Below are positions 1 through 18,309 of a stretch of 39,403 bases of DNA, piece by piece. The translations under genes were made by a program, and so were the position numbers. The notes beneath the pieces were generated by a model. That model worked only from the letters and a program-made list of their open reading frames with translations. It made no database searches and was not told the DNA's origin. The stretch comes from Eledone cirrhosa (lineage: Eukaryota): NCBI GenBank assembly GCA_964016885.1, contig CAXHJY010000345.1, forward strand, positions 1 through 39,403. Reading direction: 5' to 3'. The number at the start of each line of letters is the position of its first letter. Position 1 is the stretch's first letter.

Positions 1-160
1 TATATAAAAGACAGCGAGAAGCGAAAACCAACCAAACAGTGAGTGTGTTCTGTTATTAATTCTGGCAATATTACGCAAATATGACCCTCCCCAAATATAA
101 CAATATCTGTTTCGACACACGATTTCATATAAAAAACCTCGCAAAACTAATTCATCGCCG

Positions 161-161
<1 letters not shown>

Positions 162-195
<34 letters not shown>

Positions 196-199
196 ATAT

Positions 200-238
<39 letters not shown>

Positions 239-347
239 TATATATATAATATATATATATATAATATATATATATATAATATGTATATATATATATATAT
301 ATAATATGTATATATATATATATAATATGTATATATATATATAATAT
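162..347. repeat. (TA)n microsatellite, mainly A-interrupted (TATAATATA)
   Basis: Directly visible TA run between unique sequence 1-161 and the fragment starting at 348. Confidence 0.95.
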
Positions 348-519
348 AAGCTGTCTGGACAGCTTCCAAATATAATGGTCAAAATTCTTTAAAAAACTGT
401 TTAAATGTTGTATTTTATCTGACGAAGGCATGCCATATTTTTAATATGATATCCCTGAAATATATATAATAAAATAAATATGGTTTTATAAATATAGTTT
501 CCATTTGTTTAATATCGTA
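348..519 (+). mobile_element. Solo terminal (pseudo-LTR) fragment of a probable Penelope-like element (family D)
   Basis: About 170 nt of unique sequence embedded in (TA)n, containing a canonical hammerhead motif about 50 nt before it runs into TA, as in the other PLE ends here. No ORF, so the PLE assignment is an inference. Confidence 0.6.
411..476 (+). ncRNA. Type I hammerhead ribozyme, canonical core
   Basis: Stem I TATTTTAT(411-418)/ATAAAATA(469-476); core CTGACGA(419-425); stem II AGG..CATATT-ttt-AATATG..CCT; GAAA(457-460); palindromic stem III TATATA; cleavage triplet AUA (after 468). Confidence 0.85.
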
Positions 520-4664
<4,145 letters not shown>

Positions 4665-4804
4665 GAAAAGTGTAATTTACTACACAGAACGAAGGTTATA
4701 GAGAAAATTGAGGTTGGTAATGGCACTTGGAATATATAAGAGACAGAATACTTTTTTGTGAAAAAACATACAATTTTATAAGTTAAGGAAATAATAAAGG
4801 GTAT

Positions 4805-4856
4805 AAAAAATGACCGGTTTCGATGGGTCTGCAAAAGCCATCTTTTCAAATGTTGA
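4805..4856 (-). ncRNA. Minimal type I hammerhead-like motif with U3-A8 core variant
   Basis: Minus strand reads TTGAAAA GATGG-cttttgcagac-CCATC GAAA CCGG TC: 5-bp stem II, palindromic CCGG stem III, GUC triplet; stem I is weak. Confidence 0.6.
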
Positions 4857-4883
4857 TTAATATTAAGAAAAATTAATAATAAG

Positions 4884-4963
4884 GGCGGTGCCCCAGCACA
4901 AGGGCGGTGCCCCAGCATGGCCTCAGCCGGATGGCTAAAACAGGTAAAAGAATAAAAGAGTAA
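4884..4963 (+). mobile_element. Short 3'-end fragment of a SINE/LINE inserted in the A terminus
   Basis: Absent from the homologous arms at about 28205 and 32255; flanked by the duplication AATAAG (4878-4883, 4964-4969); ends in a (TAAAAGA)-like tail; internal duplication of AAGGGCGGTGCCCCAGCA. Confidence 0.8.
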
Positions 4964-5758
4964 AATAAGAAGAGTTAAAATTTGAGATTTGAAAATTCAA
5001 GTATAAAATTCATTGTGGGATTTCATAGTAGTTTTCATCTTGGTAGCCGCAAGTTGACTGCTGTGTGCCTTTCTGGTAGTGAATGAGAAGTTATTTGGGG
5101 GTGTGGGTTATTTTATAAAGGTCAGATTTAGCAATGGTCAGATGGCCAGCTGCTGGTCAGTGAGGGTGTGCAAGCAATATACATACATATATCTCGCTGT
5201 GGTCGGTAGGAGAGGGGAGATTGATAGAAAGGGATTTAGTGCACTACTTACAGCTATATATACACACATACCTTTATCCACACATACATACATACATATA
5301 CATATACATACACACACATATATATATATATATATACATATACACACATACATACACACACACATACATATACATACACACATACACACACACATATATG
5401 CACATACACACACATATATATATATACACACACACACATATATATATATACATACATACACATACATCCAGATACACACATACATACACACACACACACA
5501 CATATATATATATATTAGTACATACACATATATACACACATATACATACACATATATATACACCCACCCACACATACATACATACACACACATATATATA
5601 TACATACACACATACAAACACACACACACATATATACACGTACACACACATATATATACACACACACACACACATATATATACACATACGCATACATCCA
5701 GATACACATACATACACACACACACACACACACGCACACACAATGCATACATCCACAT

Positions 5759-5803
<45 letters not shown>

Positions 5804-6192
5804 TACATACACCCACACACAGAGAAATGGCCTCCAAATATATATATATACATACATACACATATATTTTTTCCATAATATAAGAAGTTAGGACAGTGAA
5901 ATTAAAATACAAGTCATTCTGATCACATTGAGTTCTTCATGTAGATTGGGCCCCGCAACCGACAGTGGTGAATTCTGTGTGCGCATATATATATATAGAT
6001 ATATGTGTGTGCACGTGCAGGGTTTAACAGGGATGTGTTGGTCACACAAAGGCATGGTCTGTCAACGAATAAACCTGATTCTACAGAATTGGTCTCTGGT
6101 CTTTAATAGTAGTGATAATTATATACATGCACACATACAAACACATATATCTGTCACTCCGTGCGTATGTGTGTTTATATTTTATGACAATT

Positions 6193-6469
6193 CTATTGGG
6201 GTGATAACCCGTTTAGTTTTGGTTTAAATTTGTTAAGGAATAGATTTTCTTTGTTTATTCTTTGTTGCTGTGTGAACGAATCTGAGCACTTGTAGAAGGG
6301 GAAGATTTTAAAGTTGGGTAGTGTCATTCCTGCGCAGTTCGCAATATGGCTGCTCAAGGGGATTTTTCTTGTGTTAGCGTCCCGGATTTGTTGGCGGTGG
6401 ATGGTCATTCTTTTGCGTAATGAGGTGCCCGTCTGTCCTATGTAGTTGTGTTTGCACCCACTGCAAGTT

Positions 6470-6473
<4 letters not shown>
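6193..6473 (-). pseudogene. Truncated GIY-YIG endonuclease fragment of PLE A
   Basis: Reads [44 protein letters not shown]; retains YIG where the 29.6 kb copy has YIR. Confidence 0.85.
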
Positions 6474-6548
<75 letters not shown>

Positions 6549-6557
6549 GTATATATG

Positions 6558-6590
<33 letters not shown>

Positions 6591-6654
6591 GTATATATAT
6601 GTATATATATATGTATATATATATATATATTTACATATATAATATATATGTATA

Positions 6655-6719
<65 letters not shown>

Positions 6720-6744
6720 GTATATATATATGGATGTATATATG

Positions 6745-6775
<31 letters not shown>

Positions 6776-6838
6776 GGATGTATATATATATATATATATA
6801 TGTATGTATATATATATGTATATATATATATATGTATG

Positions 6839-6878
<40 letters not shown>

Positions 6879-7249
6879 TGTATATATATATATGTATGTA
6901 TATATATATGTATGTATATATATATGTATGTATATATATACATACATATTGGTAAATATCATCTTGGTTAAGAGAGTGGGACTGGCTTTGTGCAGTGCCT
7001 TTGCTCACTATAAAAGCTTCACGGCACAGGCATTGCTTTATATCTGGAGATCTCTCTGCACTTGTCGTCACATGGTACCATGGGCCCAGCACTATGTGTC
7101 AATAATTGTCACAAGTGTAGTGTTTGTACCAGAGTTTTCAAGTCGCTGGCTGGACTAAAAAGTCACGCTCGTTAGGGGTTTTCCTACATGGATATAAAGT
7201 AGTGGCCGTACTCGAAAACGAGTTGGCAGCCACCATATATATATGTATG

Positions 7250-7282
<33 letters not shown>

Positions 7283-7563
7283 GTATATATATATGTATAT
7301 ATATATGTATATATATATATATGTATATATATATATGTATATATATATATGTATATATATATGTATATATATATGTATATATATATGTATATATATATGT
7401 ATATATATATATATGTATATATATATATGTATATATATATATATGTATATATATATGTATATATATATATATGTATATATATATATGTATATATATATAT
7501 ATGTATATATATATGTATATATATATGTATATATATATGTATATATATATGTATATATATATG

Positions 7564-7598
<35 letters not shown>

Positions 7599-7622
7599 GT
7601 ATATATATATATATATATATAT
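6474..7622. repeat. G-interrupted (TA)n microsatellite (TATATG), split by an insertion at 6949-7234
   Basis: Directly visible; diagnostic marks TTTACAT (about 6630) and GGATG (about 6732, 6776). Confidence 0.95.
6949..7234 (+). mobile_element. 3' end fragment of an RTE-type LINE
   Basis: 7116-7175 encodes [19 protein letters not shown], a zinc-finger-like C-terminus of the kind seen in RTE-clade ORFs; followed by a short 3' UTR with hairpin ACTCG-aaaa-CGAGT (7210-7223) running into (AT)n. Clade call is from motif recall. Confidence 0.65.
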
Positions 7623-7819
7623 GTAGATAAATCTACCAAAAGTTTACGGTAGTGTCCAATCCGTATGAAGAGCTCAATGTAATCCGGATATCATGGAAAG
7701 AAGAGATGCATTCAAAAATCACTTTCGGTGAAAGATAAACGGAATACAGAGTCAAGATGAAATGTTAAAAAAATAATGAATAAAACAATGAAATAGTTCC
7801 TTATATTAAACAAAAAAAG

Positions 7820-7972
7820 TTCATTATTTAACGATCGTTTCTAGGACATATATGTGTTAGAATTGGCATGCATATTCAACAGATCTATGTACAAAATTAT
7901 ACAAAATTATACAAACTATCAAATATAATATACATACCAACACATACATATGCCGTCTTCAGAAATAATGAA
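7820..7972 (-). ncRNA. Type I hammerhead-like motif with long stem II (family B)
   Basis: Minus strand: TTCATTATTT CTGAAGA ..about 110 nt.. GAAA CGATCG TT AAATAATGAA; 10-bp stem I, palindromic stem III. Confidence 0.7.
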
Positions 7973-8320
7973 ATATATTTATTGATAATAACAACAATTC
8001 AAAATTACAGGTCTGTTTGGGAACAGAGTTCAAATTGACCAATGAAATACACAAAAATATATCAAGAAAATACAGTTAGGTGTGTGTATATATGTAAGTA
8101 ACTTCGTTCACAGATATGCATAAAAATATATGTTCACATGCATATGCATGTCGAAAAAATGTATGTAAATACAAACATTCAGGGCTAATGTCTCTGTATG
8201 TTTATAATCTACAGACAAAATACACATACGTATATAAACATATATACACTCATATATACACACATATACATACATTCATACACACACGCGCATATATACA
8301 CAAACATACACATACCCACG

Positions 8321-8389
<69 letters not shown>

Positions 8390-8641
8390 ACACACACACA
8401 CACACACACACGTATATATTATTATTATAACTATATGGATATTAAGGCGCACACATACACACTGCCACATATATTTACATCTAGATGCAGAACTAAAGTA
8501 GGTAAAGGGAGTCAGTAATTACAGAGGGTGTCAGACAACAGCCTATTTATAAAAATGTATCTAGAAATTTAGAAATAAAAAGAAATATATTAAAAAGAAA
8601 TAAACAAGTAAAATATATACTCATACATAAAATACACACCG

Positions 8642-8681
<40 letters not shown>

Positions 8682-8875
8682 GTACATATATATATATATA
8701 TACACATATATATATAGAGACATATACATATACATATATTAATACATAGACACACATACATACACACATATATATATACGTGTATGTGTATATATATATA
8801 TGTGTATGTGTATATATATTTATGTGTATGTATATACATACACATAAATATATATACACATACACACACATACAC

Positions 8876-8906
<31 letters not shown>

Positions 8907-9043
8907 TAAATAAATACACACAGTCAGACAATTATGCACACATATATATATACATACACACATCTCTACAAATATATATACACATACACACATATATATA
9001 TACACATATATATATATAGACATATATATATATACACCTACAC

Positions 9044-9136
<93 letters not shown>

Positions 9137-9399
9137 CATACACACTTATTTACATGCGCACATATGTATTTTTATACTTACATACAAACACCCAAACATA
9201 CATACATACTTACATACACATACATACATCCACGCTTACAAAAACGAATACTTATGGGGGGGAGGGGATTAAAATTATTAGTGGGAAATAGTAAATATAG
9301 GTTTCAAGGAACATAGAATATTAATCTGCATTTAGATCATAATATGTGTTTACATAGTAGTTTCAGTATTAGGAAATGTAAGAAAGAAGGCAAAATTAT

Positions 9400-10310
9400 G
9401 CATTTTAATATAAGTAGACTATTAATTATAGGTTAACTAAATTAAAAATAGTTAATATATTGATTTCTAAGGTGTATACTACTTAGGTTTATAATATTTA
9501 AAGCGGAATTTTGAAGTTAAACAGTAGTAGAGTATTAATTATAGCATAACTAAATTAAAAATATTAACATTATGGTATCAATTTTAGGAAATGAATTTAG
9601 TAATAGGGAAAACCAAATCAAGTATTTCATCGGTAGTAGAATATAAATTATAGGTTAACTAAATTAAAAATTATATATTAATTTCTATAGTATATGTTAA
9701 TTAGGTTTATAATAATTAAAGCAGATTTTGTATTTTATCTATAGTAGAATATGCTTATAGGTTAACAAAAATTAAAATTAATATATATATATATATATAT
9801 ATTTAATTGTAAAGAATATATTAATTAGGTATATATTTAAAAGTTTATCTCAGTTTATGATTACATGATATTCTGCAATCCATCTGTATTAGAATTTTAA
9901 TTTTAAGCTAACTAAATTAAAATTATAGGTTAACTAAATAAAATTAATTTATAAATAAATTTCTAAATTGTACATTAATTAGGTTCATAATATTAAAAAG
10001 TATTTCTCTGTTATTGATTACACGATATTTTGTTATATTTCATCTGTAAAGGAATTTTAATAAAAGGTTAAATAAATTAAAATTAATCTATAAATTAATT
10101 TACAAAGTATATATTAATTATTTAAAAGATTTTCACAATTTATGATTACACAATATTTTTTAATCTCATCTGTAGTAGAATTTTAATTAAATTAAAGTTA
10201 TAGGTTAACTACATTTAAATTAAATTATATATTAATTTCTAAAATATATATTATTAATTAGGTTTATAATATTTAAATGTTTTTCTCAGTTTATGATTAC
10301 ACGATATAAT
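9400..10310 (-). repeat. Degenerate AT-rich tandem repeat (about 120-155 nt unit) in the 3' UTR of B
   Basis: Recurring TATAGGTTAACTAAATT and TTTATGATTACA motifs; reverse complement of 14935-15840. Confidence 0.75.
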
Positions 10311-11060
10311 TAATTCCTGTCGCTTATTTAATAGGATATCCTTAGATTTCATTATTTCAAATAGTTCTTGGGAACATAATCTACATTCATTTCTATTATT
10401 TTGATAAGGGGTGGCTCTTTTGAGCACACTCCAGGTCATATCATATTCTATATTCTTATTTCTATAACTATTAATTTTTTCTGCTAGAGATGTTGTATTA
10501 GCCAGTGCGGCATTTTTAAAACTATGTTTGTGGGTATTAAACCTTACCTTAAAATTGTTAGAAGTAGCTCCTATATATGAGCAAATAGAATCTTTAGTTT
10601 TAACTTTACATTTATAAACTATGTTGTTAACAAGACAATTTCCTTTTAATGGGCAGTTTGCTTTGTTTCTACAGTTACAACTTTTCGTTAATTCTGTATT
10701 TGAGGAGATATTATGGTTAGTTTGATGTATTGGTGGTATACTTATGTTTTTTTTTACATTTATATGCATTATAGACACTTATATTTTGTTTTATGTTTTT
10801 GGTTGTTGAGTATCAGAATTTAACTGTTGATCTATTTAAGATTTGATGGTATTTGTGGTTTGGCGGGAAGTTTTTCTCTAGGATATAAAAAATTTTTTTA
10901 ACAATATTATCCTTAATTTGTAAATTAAATGGAGCATTATACCAAGTAACTCGTCTATTACGGTTTCTATGTTGTTTATTATTTTTATAGGTTGCATCGT
11001 GATGTTTACTAGGAGGATTAATGTTAATGACCTCACCACGCACATTTTTAGTTAGATTTA
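10254..11060 (-). pseudogene. PLE C-terminal region: linker (WYNAPF) and GIY-YIG endonuclease, disrupted
   Basis: CNCRNKANCPLKGNCL, IVY..YIG, RFNTHK, CRLC..E, LNKRQELIISCNH; an in-frame TGA and a frameshift separate the two ORFs; homologous to the C-terminus of element C. Confidence 0.88.
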
Positions 11061-11307
11061 TTGATTATAAACATACAAAGACATTAGCCCTGAATTTTTG
11101 TATTTACATACATTTTTTCGACATGCGTATGCATGTGAACATATATTTTTATGCATATCTGTGAACGAAGTTACTTACATATATACACACACCTAACTGT
11201 ATTTTCTTGATATATTTTTGTGTATTTCATTGGTCAATTTGAACTCTGTTCCCAAACAGACCTGTAATTTTGAATTGTTGTTATTATCAATAAATATATT
11301 TCATTAT

Positions 11308-11489
11308 GTGGATTGGCAGTATTGGTAGAGGGTCGGACGCCATGCTTTGACGTATAGAGTTACGGCCCTTGCCTTTCTGAGTTCAAATCCCGCCAAGGTT
11401 AACTTTGCCTTTCATCCTTACGGGGTCGATAAAATAAAGTACCAGTAATGCACTGGATAATTGCAGGCCTTGTGCCTAACGTAGAAACA
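11308..11489 (+). mobile_element. tRNA-derived SINE (resembles abundant octopus SINEs)
   Basis: Absent from the three other arm copies; TSD ATTAT (11303-11307, 11490-11494); A-box-like TGGCAGTATTGG, B-box GAGTTCAAATCCC; central CTTTGCCTTTCATCCTT..GGGGTCGATAAAATAAAGTACC motif. Confidence 0.88.
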
Positions 11490-11639
11490 ATTATTTCTGA
11501 AGACGGCATATGTATGTGTTGGTATGTATATTATATTTGATAGTTTGTATAATTTTGTATAATTTTGTACATAGATCTTTTGAATATGCATGCCAATTCT
11601 AACACATATATGTCCTAGAAACGATCGTTAAATAATGAA
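11490..11639 (+). ncRNA. Hammerhead-like motif (family B), stem I shortened by the SINE
   Basis: ATTATTT CTGAAGA(11497-11503) .. GAAA(11618-11621) CGATCG TT AAATAAT. Confidence 0.6.
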
Positions 11640-11836
11640 CTTTTTTTGTTTAATATAAGGAACTATTACATTGTTTTATTCATTATTTTTTTAACATTTC
11701 ATCTTGACTCTGTATTCCGTTTATCTTTCACCGAAAGTGATTTTTCAATGCATCTCTTCTTTCCATGATATCCGGATTACATTGAGTTCTTCATACGGAT
11801 TGGACACTACCGTAAACTTTTGGTAGATTTATCTAC

Positions 11837-13740
<1,904 letters not shown>

Positions 13741-13794
13741 TAAAAAAATAATGAATAAAACAATGAAACAGTTCCTTATATTAAACAAAAATAG

Positions 13795-13940
13795 TTCATT
13801 ATTTAACGATCGTTTCTAGGACATATATGTGTTAGAATTGGCATGCATATTCACCAGATCTATGTACAAAATTATACAAAATTATACAAACTATAATATA
13901 CATACCAACACATACATATGCCGTCTTCAGAAATAATGAA
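13795..13940 (-). ncRNA. Hammerhead-like motif (family B)
   Basis: Reverse complement of 17246-17391. Confidence 0.7.
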
Positions 13941-14179
13941 ATATATTTATTGATAATAACAACAATTCAAAATTACAGGTCTGTTTGGGAACAGAGTTCA
14001 AATTGACCAATGAAATACACAAAAATATATCAAGAAAATACAGTTAGGTGTGTGTATATATGTAAGTAACTTCGTTCACAGATATGCATAAAAATATATG
14101 TTCACATGCATACGCATGTCGAAAAAATGTATGTAAATACAAAAATTCAGGGCTAATGTCTTTGTATGTTTATAATCAA

Positions 14180-14986
14180 TAAATCTAACTAAAAATGTGC
14201 GTGGTGAGGTCATTAACATTAATCCTCCTAGTAAACATCACGATGCAACCTATAAAAATAATAAACAACATAGAAACCGTAATAGACGAGTTACTTGGTA
14301 TAATGCTCCATTTAATTTACAAATTAAGGATAATATTGTTAAAAAAAATTTTTATATCCTAGAGAAAAACTTCCCGCCAAACCACAAATACCATCAAATC
14401 TTAAATAGATCAACAGTTAAATTCTGATACTCAACAACCAAAAACATAAAACAAAATATAAGTGTCTATAATGCATATAAATGTAAAAAAAAACATAAGT
14501 ATACCACCAATACATCAAACTAACCATAATATCTCCTCAAATACAGAATTAACGAAAAGTTGTAACTGTAGAAACAAAGCAAACTGCCCATTAAAAGGAA
14601 ATTGTCTTGTTAACAACATAGTTTATAAATGTAAAGTTAAAACTAAAGATTCTATTTGCTCATATATAGGAGCTACTTCTAACAATTTTAAGGTAAGGTT
14701 TAATACCCACAAACATAGTTTTAAAAATGCCGCACTGGCTAATACAACATCTCTAGCAGAAAAAATTAATAGTTATAGAAATAAGAATATAGAATATGAT
14801 ATGACCTGGAGTGTGCTCAAAAGAGCCACCCCTTATCAAAATAATAGAAATGAATGTAGATTATGTTCCCAAGAACTATGTGAAATAATGAAATCTAAGG
14901 ATATCCTATTAAATAAGCGACAGGAATTAATTATATCGTGTAATCATAAACTGAGAAAAACATTTAAATATTATAAACCTAATTAA
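14180..14986 (+). pseudogene. PLE linker and GIY-YIG endonuclease, disrupted
   Basis: Same motifs as 10254-11060; TGA at 14425-14427, then a frame change before the CNCR motif. Confidence 0.88.
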
Positions 14987-15840
14987 TAATATATATTTTA
15001 GAAATTAATATATAATTTAATTTAAATGTAGTTAACCTATAACTTTAATTTAATTAAAATTCTACTACAGATGAGATTAAAAAATATTGTGTAATCATAA
15101 ATTGTGAAAATCTTTTAAATAATTAATATATACTTTGTAAATTAATTTATAGATTAATTTTAATTTATTTAACCTTTTATTAAAATTCCTTTACAGATGA
15201 AATATAACAAAATATCGTGTAATCAATAACAGAGAAATACTTTTTAATATTATGAACCTAATTAATGTACAATTTAGAAATTTATTTATAAATTAATTTT
15301 ATTTAGTTAACCTATAATTTTAATTTAGTTAGCTTAAAATTAAAATTCTAATACAGATGGATTGCAGAATATCATGTAATCATAAACTGAGATAAACTTT
15401 TAAATATATACCTAATTAATATATTCTTTACAATTAAATATATATATATATATATATATTAATTTTAATTTTTGTTAACCTATAAGCATATTCTACTATA
15501 GATAAAATACAAAATCTGCTTTAATTATTATAAACCTAATTAACATATACTATAGAAATTAATATATAATTTTTAATTTAGTTAACCTATAATTTATATT
15601 CTACTACCGATGAAATACTTGATTTGGTTTTCCCTATTACTAAATTCATTTCCTAAAATTGATACCATAATGTTAATATTTTTAATTTAGTTATGCTATA
15701 ATTAATACTCTACTACTGTTTAACTTCAAAATTCCGCTTTAAATATTATAAACCTAAGTAGTATACACCTTAGAAATCAATATATTAACTATTTTTAATT
15801 TAGTTAACCTATAATTAATAGTCTACTTATATTAAAATGC
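14935..15840 (+). repeat. Degenerate tandem repeat seeded by the last codons of the endonuclease ORF
   Basis: TGTAATCA(T)AA near 14939, 15090, 15218, 15375; GTTAACCTATA near 15030, 15307, 15474, 15581, 15803. Confidence 0.75.
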
Positions 15841-16103
15841 ATAATTTTGCCTTCTTTCTTACATTTCCTAATACTGAAACTACTATGTAAACACATATTA
15901 TGATCTAAATGCAGATTAATATTCTATGTTCCTTGAAACCTATATTTACTATTTCCCACTAATAATTTTAATCCCCTCCCCCCCATAAGTATTCGTTTTT
16001 GTAAGCGTGGATGTATGTATGTGTATGTAAGTATGTATGTATGTTTGGGTGTTTGTATGTGAGTATAAAAATACATATGTGCGCATGTAAATAAGTGTGT
16101 ATG

Positions 16104-16182
<79 letters not shown>

Positions 16183-16806
16183 GTGTATGTGTATATATAT
16201 ATATGTCTATATATATATGTGTATATATATATATGTGTGTATGTGTATATATATTTGTAGAGATGTGTGTATGTATATATATATGTGTGCATAATTGTCT
16301 GACTGTGTGTATTTATTTATTTATTTATTTATATATATATATATATATGTGTATGTGTGTGTATGTGTATATATATTTATGTGTATGTATATACATACAC
16401 ATAAATATATATACACATACACATATATATATATACACATACACGTATATATATATGTGTGTATGTATGTGTGTCTATGTATGTATATATGTATATGTAT
16501 ATGTCTCTATATATATATGTGTATATATATATATATATGTACATATACATATATATATATATATATATATATGTATATCGGTGTGTATTTTATGTATGAG
16601 TATATATTTTACTTGTTTATTTCTTTTTAATATATTTCTTTTTATTTCTAAATTTATAGATACATTTTTATAAATAGGCTGTTGTCTGACACCCTCTGTA
16701 ATTACTGACTCCCTTTACCTACTTTAGTTCTGCATCTAGATGTAAATATATGTGGCAGTGTGTATGTGTGCGCCTTAATATCCATATAGTTATAATAATA
16801 ATATTT

Positions 16807-16897
<91 letters not shown>

Positions 16898-17245
16898 CGT
16901 GGGTATGTGTATGTTTGTGTATATATGCGCGTGTGTGTATGAATGTATGTATATGTGTGTATATATGAGTGTATATATGTTTATATACGTATGTGTATTT
17001 TGTCTGTAGATTATAAACATACAGAGACATTAGCCCTGAATGTTTGTATTTACATACATTTTTTCGACATGCATATGCATGTGAACATATATTTTTATGC
17101 ATATCTGTGAACGAAGTTACTTACATATATACACACACCTAACTGTATTTTCTTGATATATTTTTGTGTATTTCATTGGTCAATTTGAACTCTGTTCCCA
17201 AACAGACCTGTAATTTTGAATTGTTGTTATTATCAATAAATATAT

Positions 17246-17391
17246 TTCATTATTTCTGAAGACGGCATATGTATGTGTTGGTATGTATATTATAGTTTGT
17301 ATAATTTTGTATAATTTTGTACATAGATCTGGTGAATATGCATGCCAATTCTAACACATATATGTCCTAGAAACGATCGTTAAATAATGAA
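17246..17391 (+). ncRNA. Type I hammerhead-like motif with long stem II (family B)
   Basis: Stem I TTCATTATTT(17246-17255)/AAATAATGAA(17382-17391); CTGAAGA 17256-17262; GAAA 17370-17373; CGATCG palindrome; GUU triplet. The base of stem II is mismatched. Confidence 0.7.
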
Positions 17392-17451
17392 CTATTTTTG
17401 TTTAATATAAGGAACTGTTTCATTGTTTTATTCATTATTTTTTTAACATTT

Positions 17452-18309
<858 letters not shown>

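Larger units (their letters stand above)
4665..6473 (-). mobile_element. 3' fragment of Penelope-like element A (C-terminal part of GIY-YIG, 3' UTR with CA/TA microsatellite, pseudo-LTR)
   Basis: Direct copy of 28167-29619 with few differences in the coding part; ORF 6193..6408 is identical in protein to the end of ORF 29339..29863; ends abruptly in (TA)n at 6473. Confidence 0.9.
7623..11836 (-). mobile_element. Penelope-like element B: 5'-truncated, endonuclease-only, with inverted terminal arms (7623-8209 and 11063-11836)
   Basis: GIY-YIG ORF 10254..10778 (-) and linker ORF 10813..11043 (-); the two arms are reverse complements apart from a SINE; both ends abut (TA)n; no RT core. Confidence 0.9.
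13734..17452 (+). mobile_element. Penelope-like element B': second, oppositely oriented copy of B with inverted arms (13734-14177 and 17009-17452)
   Basis: ORFs 14197..14427 and 14462..14986 each differ from those of B by one residue; same truncation/inversion junction; lacks the SINE and the outer about 137 nt of both arms. Confidence 0.9.

Noticed and set aside
1-161. Unique sequence at the window start
   Set aside because: Too short and cut by the window edge; no recognisable motif, so left unannotated.
9400-10310. CRISPR-like repeat/spacer pattern
   Set aside because: Units are degenerate whole-length tandem copies in a eukaryotic retroelement UTR; no unique spacers or cas genes.
11308-11395. 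tRNA gene
   Set aside because: A/B boxes are present but no convincing cloverleaf; it is the head of a TSD-flanked SINE.
7623-11836. DNA transposon or MITE call based on terminal inverted repeats
   Set aside because: No transposase; internal ORF is a PLE GIY-YIG, the arms carry hammerhead motifs, and end points differ between copies.
14425-14427. In-frame TGA in B/B' as possible selenocysteine, as reported for some Naiad PLEs
   Set aside because: It aligns with Ser in element C (IKISYSTT versus VKF*YSTT), is a single-base change from TCA, is followed by a frameshift, and I see no SECIS evidence.
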